DNA of 64,000 nt from an uncultured Lachnospiraceae bacterium (lineage in GTDB: Bacteria; Bacillota; Clostridia; Lachnospirales; Lachnospiraceae). A program made the position numbers and the translations under genes. The notes beneath the pieces were generated by a model, which saw nothing but the letters and a program-made list of their open reading frames with translations, was not told where the DNA came from and ran no database searches. The first letter of the stretch is position 1; the number at the start of each line of letters is the position of its first letter. Below, one piece after another: positions 58,380-64,000 of this stretch. The stretch spans positions 11,100 through 75,099 of the forward strand of contig CANQSA010000011.1 in the NCBI GenBank assembly GCA_947626415.1, given 5' to 3'.

Positions 58380-58886
58380 ATGGATTTATTTTTTTATGAT
58401 GTTGATCCACAGTATATAAAATATTTAAAACAAAAAGAAATAGAAAAAAGAGGGTTTACACGAGTTCCGGATATTGAATATAAAAATGAAAAAAAGATGG
58501 TTTGCGGGATTGTTTTAGAAATCAATGATTATAAATATTATGTTCCTATTTCGTCATATAAGAAGAAACAAGAGAATAATTTGTTAATTGTGCTTAAAGA
58601 TGATGCCTACAATCAAATAAAAGGATCTCTTCGATTTAACTATATGTTTCCGATTGCGGATCAATATATATCGAAAAGAGATTTTTCAAGATCAAAAAGT
58701 TTAAGCAGAAAAGAATTTCTTCGTAGACAATGGGTATATTGTAATACGATTGTTGAAGATATCAAAAAAATGGCATTAGATACATACAATGAAGTGATTG
58801 AGGGGAAAAATGAGAAACTAATAAAAGCGTCCTGTGATTTTAAGTTATTAGAGGAAGCAGCAAAAGCATACAGAAATACAAAATGA
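58380..58886 (+). CDS. toxN: ToxN/AbiQ-family type III toxin endoribonuclease
   Basis: [38 protein letters not shown] and CDFKLLEE match ToxN/AbiQ hallmarks as I recall them. SD AGAGGAGAAGG. The track start at 58296 runs through the terminator hairpin. Confidence 0.8.
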   Translation: MDLFFYDVDPQYIKYLKQKEIEKRGFTRVPDIEYKNEKKMVCGIVLEINDYKYYVPISSYKKKQENNLLIVLKDDAYNQIKGSLRFNYMFPIADQYISKRDFSRSKSLSRKEFLRRQWVYCNTIVEDIKKMALDTYNEVIEGKNEKLIKASCDFKLLEEAAKAYRNTK

Positions 58887-58900
58887 AAAGGAGAATCAGG

Positions 58901-60778
58901 TTGGCAGTATTGGAAGAATCCTATGATATTGTTGTAGTGGGTGCGGGTCACGCAGGCTGTGAGGCCGCGCTTGCTGCCGCAAGACTGGGAAATGAAACGA
59001 TCATGTTTACGGTAAGTGTAGACAGTATTGCGCTGATGCCCTGTAATCCCAATATCGGCGGCAGTTCCAAGGGACATCTGGTGCGGGAGATAGACGCGTT
59101 AGGCGGAGAAATGGGAAAGAATATCGATAAAACCTTTATTCAGTCCAAGATGCTGAATGCTTCTAAGGGGCCGGCGGTTCATTCTCTGCGCGCGCAGGCG
59201 GACAAGCAGGAATATTCCCGGGCAATGCGGAAGACTTTGGAAAATACAGAGCACTTGACTGTCCGGCAGGGTGAAGTATGTACGCTTATCGTGGAAGAAG
59301 GCAGAGTGACCGGGGTAACGACGCTGTCCGGCGCCGTTTATCATTGTAAAGCGGTTGTGCTGGCGACCGGAACGTATCTGAAAGCCAGGTGCATTTACGG
59401 GGACGTGAGTGAACATACCGGGCCTAACGGATTAAAAGCGGCAAATCACCTGACGGATTCTTTAAAAGAGCTGGGAATAAAGATGTACCGGTTTAAGACC
59501 GGAACGCCGGCTCGGGTGGATAAGCGCAGTATTGATTTCAGCAAAATGGAAGAACAGTTTGGCGATACGCCAATAGTACCGTTTTCGTTTTCTACCGATC
59601 CGGACAGTGTTCAGAAAGAACAGATTTCCTGCTGGTTAACCTATACGAATGAAAATACACATAATATTATAAGAAGTAATATCGACCGTTCTCCGCTGTT
59701 TTCCGGTATGATTGAAGGAACAGGACCCAGATATTGTCCTTCCATTGAAGATAAAGTGATGAAATTTGCGGATAAAGAGCGGCATCAGGTTTTTGTAGAG
59801 CCGGAAGGCAATTATACCAATGAGATGTATCTGGGCGGCATGTCAAGTTCTCTGCCGGAGGACGTGCAGTACGCCATGTATCGGACGGTTCCGGGCCTGG
59901 AGCATGTAAAAATCGTAAGAAACGCATATGCGATCGAATATGACTGCATTGACGCCAGACAGTTAAATCCTACACTGGAATTTAAGCAAATAAAAGGATT
60001 ATTCAGCGGCGGCCAGTTTAACGGAAGCAGCGGGTATGAAGAAGCGGCTGCGCAGGGCCTGATTGCGGGGATCAATGCGGCAATGTCTGTTTTGGGACGG
60101 GAACTGTTGATCTTAGACCGTTCCCAGGCCTATATCGGCGTACTGATCGATGATCTGGTAACAAAGGAAAATAAGGAACCGTATCGGATGATGACCTCCC
60201 GGGCAGAATACCGGCTGCTCCTTCGGCAAGATAACGCGGACTTGCGGCTGACGGAAATCGGGGCAGAGATCGGCCTGAATACGAAGGAACAGGCAGAAGC
60301 GGTTGCGAAAAAGTGCGAACAGATCGCAGAAGAAGTGCGCCGTATGAAAAATACACCCATTGGCGCGAATAAACGGGTGCAGGAATTTCTGGCTGCCCAT
60401 AACAGCGCTCCGCTGCACACCGGAGCGACACTGGCGGAGTTGATCCGCCGACCAGAATTGGGATATGAAGCATTGGCGGAGTTTGATGCAGAACGGGAAC
60501 CGCTGCCGAAAGATGTGACGGAGCAAGTGGAGATCCAGATCCGATATGAAGGATATATTGAGCGGCAGAAAAAACAGGTAGAGGAATTTGCCCGTCTGGA
60601 AAAACGAAAATTGCCGGTGGATATTGATTATACGGAAATCCACGGGCTGCGTCTGGAAGCGCAGCAGAAGCTGAATGCGATGAAGCCGTTGTCTATCGGA
60701 CAGGCCAGCCGGATTTCCGGCGTTACGCCGGCGGATATTTCAGTTTTGCTGGTGTATCTGGCACAGAATCAGAAATAG
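58901..60778 (+). CDS. mnmG: tRNA uridine 5-carboxymethylaminomethyl modification enzyme MnmG
   Basis: [26 protein letters not shown] motif. A TTG start at 58901 (SD AAAGGAG) is preferred over the ATG at 58883, which overlaps the toxN stop. Confidence 0.95.
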   Translation: MAVLEESYDIVVVGAGHAGCEAALAAARLGNETIMFTVSVDSIALMPCNPNIGGSSKGHLVREIDALGGEMGKNIDKTFIQSKMLNASKGPAVHSLRAQADKQEYSRAMRKTLENTEHLTVRQGEVCTLIVEEGRVTGVTTLSGAVYHCKAVVLATGTYLKARCIYGDVSEHTGPNGLKAANHLTDSLKELGIKMYRFKTGTPARVDKRSIDFSKMEEQFGDTPIVPFSFSTDPDSVQKEQISCWLTYTNENTHNIIRSNIDRSPLFSGMIEGTGPRYCPSIEDKVMKFADKERHQVFVEPEGNYTNEMYLGGMSSSLPEDVQYAMYRTVPGLEHVKIVRNAYAIEYDCIDARQLNPTLEFKQIKGLFSGGQFNGSSGYEEAAAQGLIAGINAAMSVLGRELLILDRSQAYIGVLIDDLVTKENKEPYRMMTSRAEYRLLLRQDNADLRLTEIGAEIGLNTKEQAEAVAKKCEQIAEEVRRMKNTPIGANKRVQEFLAAHNSAPLHTGATLAELIRRPELGYEALAEFDAEREPLPKDVTEQVEIQIRYEGYIERQKKQVEEFARLEKRKLPVDIDYTEIHGLRLEAQQKLNAMKPLSIGQASRISGVTPADISVLLVYLAQNQK

Positions 60779-60793
60779 AATGGGTGAAAAGAG

Positions 60794-61594
60794 ATGGAGA
60801 ATATGACAGATCTGTGGCTTCCGCCTGAGATCGAAAAGAAAACAGCAGATTTGTCTTATACAGAAAATAGCATCGGTATGTCCGGCGCCCTCGTTCGGAT
60901 TTACGAGGATATGGTATTAAAGGTTCAGTCGTCCGCTCCGTGGACGAAGCGGGAAGTGACAATCCTCAAATGGCTTTGCGGAAAAATTCCTGTGCCGGAA
61001 GTAATCGCCTGCGGGGAGCAGGATGGAAAGACCTATCTATTGATGACGCGAGTGAAAGGAAAAATGGCATGCGATGAGTTTTTTCTTCAGCGACCGGAAC
61101 TTTTAACTGCGCGTCTGGCTGAGGCGATGCGGATGCTGTGGGATGTGGATATTTCAGACTGTCCGATTTCGCGCGATCAGGAGACGGAACTTGCGGAAGC
61201 GCGTCTTCGAGTGGAGTGGGGACTGGTGGATCTGGATAACGTGGAACCAACCACCTTCGGTCCCGGCGGATTTAAAGATCCGGAAGCGCTGCTTCATTGG
61301 CTGGAGCGTAATCGGCCGTCTTATGAGCCGGTGTTGTCCCACGGTGATTTTTGCCTGCCAAATGTATTTTTTACTGAAACAGGCATCAGCGGTTTCATCG
61401 ATTTGGGTGACGCAGGTGTCGGCGACCGCTGGCGGGATATTGCGCTCTGCCACCGGAGCCTGCGTCACAATATGAGCGGAAAATATGCATCAAAGGAGCG
61501 GGAGATAGACGCAGACCGCTTATTTGACGCGTTGGGCGTTAAGCCGGACGCAGAGAAACTGCGGTGGTATCTGTTGCTGGATGAACTATTTTGA
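60794..61594 (+). CDS. APH(3')-family aminoglycoside O-phosphotransferase-like kinase
   Basis: SHGDFCLPNVF catalytic loop, GFIDLGDAGVGDRWRDIA, DISDCP, and a C-terminal YLLLDELF matching the APH(3')-III-type terminus as I recall it. Confidence 0.8.
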   Translation: MENMTDLWLPPEIEKKTADLSYTENSIGMSGALVRIYEDMVLKVQSSAPWTKREVTILKWLCGKIPVPEVIACGEQDGKTYLLMTRVKGKMACDEFFLQRPELLTARLAEAMRMLWDVDISDCPISRDQETELAEARLRVEWGLVDLDNVEPTTFGPGGFKDPEALLHWLERNRPSYEPVLSHGDFCLPNVFFTETGISGFIDLGDAGVGDRWRDIALCHRSLRHNMSGKYASKEREIDADRLFDALGVKPDAEKLRWYLLLDELF

Positions 61595-61648
61595 TTCAAA
61601 TTCTCCTGTGATTCGGAAGTGTTCATTGGAGATAAAAGACTTGAATAA

Positions 61649-61864
61649 AGAACACTTTCGGATGGCGGCGGTATCGGTAATTGTGAAGGCATAAAAGCAA
61701 AAGCGTTAAAAGAGGCGTTCAGAGTATTGAAGCCGGGCGGCAAGCTCATAACTTCAACGGGTTTTGCAAACAAAGAAACACTTGCTTACGAGCTATATCA
61801 GATATTGCGTAAAGGAATAAAACGCCTTATTAGGGGTCGCAGAAATAGGGGGAGTTTCTGCTAA
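61649..61864 (+). pseudogene. Remnant of a class I SAM-dependent methyltransferase (C-terminal fragment, no start codon)
   Basis: The open frame reads ...KALKEAFRVLKPGGKLITSTGF..., the post-motif-II region typical of Methyltransf_11/25 proteins. There is an upstream in-frame stop and no Met. Confidence 0.35.
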
Positions 61865-61867
61865 AAA

Positions 61868-63208
61868 TCATGGTATCCTTCTCCGTCGCTTTATTTCAAA
61901 CCAAATCAAATAAGCAGATGTGATTATTATCGCAAATATTGTTGCGAGCGGTGTTGCGAAGCCTATTTGAAACAGACTCACTCCGGCAACTTTGCTCATC
62001 AGGTACGAAACGGGAATCCTTACAAGAAATGTACTTAAAATTCCCTGCAAAGCCACAAAACCCGTGTGCCCGTTGCCGTTAAGATACCCTGCCATACTGA
62101 AGCTGAAGCCTACAAGCACGCAGTCAATCGAATATGATTTAAGATAATCTGCCGCAGCCGCGGCTATGTCCGCATCTGATGTGAAGAAATGCGCCAGCCA
62201 TGCGCCGTTTGTAAAACTTGCGGCAAACATACATAATCCCACCGCAAATGTGAAAGCCATTCCTATGAACATAGCTTTTAAAGCTCTGCCGCTTTTTCCT
62301 GCGCCGACATTCTGAGCTGTGAACGCAGAATCCGCCGACATGATCGCGCCCGGAACTATAAACATCAGCGCACAGATTTTTTCCGCCACCCCCACTCCTG
62401 CGGATGCGATAAGTCCGAATGAATTTAAAATTGCAAGAATAACCATAAATGATATACCGGTAAGTAGCTCCTGTCCGGCTATGGGCAGCCCATATTTCAG
62501 GATTTTTATGGTTTCATGTTTTGTTGGCTTAATCTCATTTTTATCGGCTTCTATTCCAAGTCCATTCCGGCGTATAATAAGAAGCGCACTTAAAACGCTT
62601 ATTCCCTGAGCGGCAACTGTCGCGAAAGCAGCGCCGCTGCTTCCTAAATGAAATACGCCGACTAAAATTAAATCTCCCAGTATATTGAAAGCACACGCAA
62701 TACCCATTAAAATCAACGGCGTTTTTGAATCGCCCATTCCCCGGAACATTCCGCTTAATGCATTAAAAAGCACGATAAAAATAATACCTGCTCCGCATAT
62801 TCTGATATATCCGATTGTAAATGAAACAGCCTCCTCGGGTGCGTTCATTACACGTGCAATCGGGACGGCAGTTATCACAATCCCAGCGGCAAGGAGCAAT
62901 CCCGTAAGAATAAACAGGCAAAGTGACGAACCTATTGTTCTTGCGGCACCAGTTTTGTCCCCCTTTCCGATGTTTTGTCCCAATAAAACCGTACAGCCCA
63001 TTGTAAGTCCCGTGATAATTCCGGTGATGGTCTGCATAGCCATACTGCCCGTAGAAACAGCCGATACGGCGGCAGCGTCGGAAAACAATCCAACTATCAT
63101 TAAGTCCACGGTTCCGTACATAGCCTGAAGCAAATTTGCTCCCATAATAGGCAATGCAAATAACAAGAGTTTTTTCCATACCGAGCCCACAGTTAAATTG
63201 TGTTTCAT
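61868..63208 (-). CDS. MATE-family efflux transporter
   Basis: LLLFALPIMGANLLQAMYGTVDLMIVG N-terminus and 12 TM-like segments. The start is placed at MKHNLTV (63208) because the track start lies inside the terminator hairpin. Confidence 0.9.
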   Translation of the reverse strand: MKHNLTVGSVWKKLLLFALPIMGANLLQAMYGTVDLMIVGLFSDAAAVSAVSTGSMAMQTITGIITGLTMGCTVLLGQNIGKGDKTGAARTIGSSLCLFILTGLLLAAGIVITAVPIARVMNAPEEAVSFTIGYIRICGAGIIFIVLFNALSGMFRGMGDSKTPLILMGIACAFNILGDLILVGVFHLGSSGAAFATVAAQGISVLSALLIIRRNGLGIEADKNEIKPTKHETIKILKYGLPIAGQELLTGISFMVILAILNSFGLIASAGVGVAEKICALMFIVPGAIMSADSAFTAQNVGAGKSGRALKAMFIGMAFTFAVGLCMFAASFTNGAWLAHFFTSDADIAAAAADYLKSYSIDCVLVGFSFSMAGYLNGNGHTGFVALQGILSTFLVRIPVSYLMSKVAGVSLFQIGFATPLATIFAIIITSAYLIWFEIKRRRRIP

Positions 63209-63227
63209 AAATAATATGCACCTCCAT

Positions 63228-63275
63228 AAAAAAACGGATAAGAGAGCAGCCATTTCGGACTGCCATCTTATCCGG
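63228..63275 (-). terminator. Intrinsic terminator inside the MATE leader (candidate attenuator)
   Basis: On the minus strand: 9-bp stem CGGATAAGA/TCTTATCCG with an inner GCAG/CTGC pairing, followed by U7. It ends 2 nt before the SD GGAGG of the MATE gene. Confidence 0.65.
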
Positions 63276-63321
63276 TTTGCCGTTTCCTAATTGAACAGTT
63301 TACCCTCCGATGAACGTTCGT

Positions 63322-63350
63322 ATTATATAACGGACAAAAATTAAAGTCAA
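63322..63350 (-). promoter_or_regulatory. Candidate promoter of the MATE leader
   Basis: On the minus strand: TTGACT (63350-63345), 17 nt, TATAAT (63327-63322). Confidence 0.5.
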
Positions 63351-63360
63351 TACAAAATTA

Positions 63361-64000
63361 TTAATTATTTACGGTTACATTCCCACAATCGCAATTTATT
63401 TTTAATGTAATTTCTGAGTTTCTATTACTTTTATTTATATTCGTTTTTCCTAAATCGACATCTGCATCGATATAGATATCATTTGTATTGTTAATATCTA
63501 CATTTCCTAAATCGGCTTTTAGTGTAGAGTTTTCTTTTATTGATAGAGTATCAATTTCGATATTGCCGCAATCTACTTTTATATCACATGCATTCAGAAT
63601 TCCTTTTATTTCTACACTTCCATAATCGCATTTTATATTTGCGTTTTTTATGGTGCCTAGGTTAACATTTCCTGCATTACAATCGATATCTACGGAAGCA
63701 TTTTCTAAATGGGAGAATTCACATTTTCCATAATCACTTTTAATTTTTATTTCTTTGCTATATATGGAAGGAATATATACGATAATATCTTTCGCGGTAA
63801 TGCCAAAATTAAAAAATGCAAATTTTTTCGTTCGAGTGTTATCAATAGACAAACTATTTTGATCTAAATTAACATCTACATCACTCTCATTTTCTCCGTA
63901 AACAACTACTTGAATATCATCACCTGATGTTTCTTTAAAAATAATATCACCTGCATCTTGATTTATATCAATGTTATTGATATCTTCCATTTTATATGTT
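63361..64000 (-). CDS. DUF4097-like beta-strand repeat protein (putative adhesin fold), 5' end outside window
   Basis: Repetitive D/N/I-rich pattern (G.V.I....D..I..D.G.I.I). The frame stays open to the window edge, and the region is strongly AT-rich. Confidence 0.55.
   Translation of the reverse strand, partial: TYKMEDINNIDINQDAGDIIFKETSGDDIQVVVYGENESDVDVNLDQNSLSIDNTRTKKFAFFNFGITAKDIIVYIPSIYSKEIKIKSDYGKCEFSHLENASVDIDCNAGNVNLGTIKNANIKCDYGSVEIKGILNACDIKVDCGNIEIDTLSIKENSTLKADLGNVDINNTNDIYIDADVDLGKTNINKSNRNSEITLKINCDCGNVTVNN

Noticed and set aside
61649-61864. Methyltransferase fragment as a remnant of rsmG, the usual neighbour of mnmG
   Set aside because: The RVLKPGG-type motif is characteristic of Methyltransf_11/25-like enzymes rather than what I recall of RsmG, so I call it only a generic class I methyltransferase remnant, with low confidence.

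Overview
This window is the chromosomal replication-origin region of a Firmicutes/Clostridia genome (Lachnospiraceae-like, about 50% GC by eye). The conserved backbone is rpmH-rnpA-yidD-yidC-jag-mnmE-mnmG on the + strand. It diverges from dnaA-dnaN-yaaA-recF-gyrB-gyrA on the - strand across a DnaA-box-rich oriC near 53.7-54.0 kb. Further left on the - strand are fumarate hydratase, aroD, aroK, gdpP-rplI-dnaB, a MerR regulator, an AI-2E transporter, ldhA and a feoA-feoA-feoB operon with a DtxR/MntR-type regulator.

Several accessory modules are embedded in this backbone:
1. A six-gene sortase-dependent pilus island (9.9-21.8 kb) has FCT-like order: tip adhesin of about 2180 aa, signal peptidase, major pilin, class C sortase, minor pilin, second sortase. 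Its leader carries an exact (GAACA)16 microsatellite bracketed by 10-bp inverted repeats.
2. A decayed DUF3990 gene, an unknown ORF and an intact NADAR gene lie at 22.3-23.7 kb. This may be a relic ADP-ribosylation toxin/antidote module.
3. A 9.6-kb block is bracketed by two inverted copies of an 80-bp promoter module. Each copy has 11-mer direct repeats at 21-bp spacing. One copy drives an ABC ATPase and the other its presumed FtsX-type permease partner, with a peptide ABC importer in between.
4. A tripartite HipB/HipS-like/HipA-kinase module has a 19-bp perfect inverted-repeat operator pair.
5. A ToxN/AbiQ-type type III toxin is inserted between mnmE and mnmG. Its upstream RNA region lacks the canonical tandem repeats.
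6. An APH(3')-like kinase and a methyltransferase remnant follow mnmG.
7. A MATE efflux gene lies behind a promoter-proximal intrinsic terminator (candidate attenuator).

No rRNA, tRNA, CRISPR array, transposase or integrase was recognised. All calls rest on manual reading of the ORF translations and nucleotide motifs; no database search was possible.
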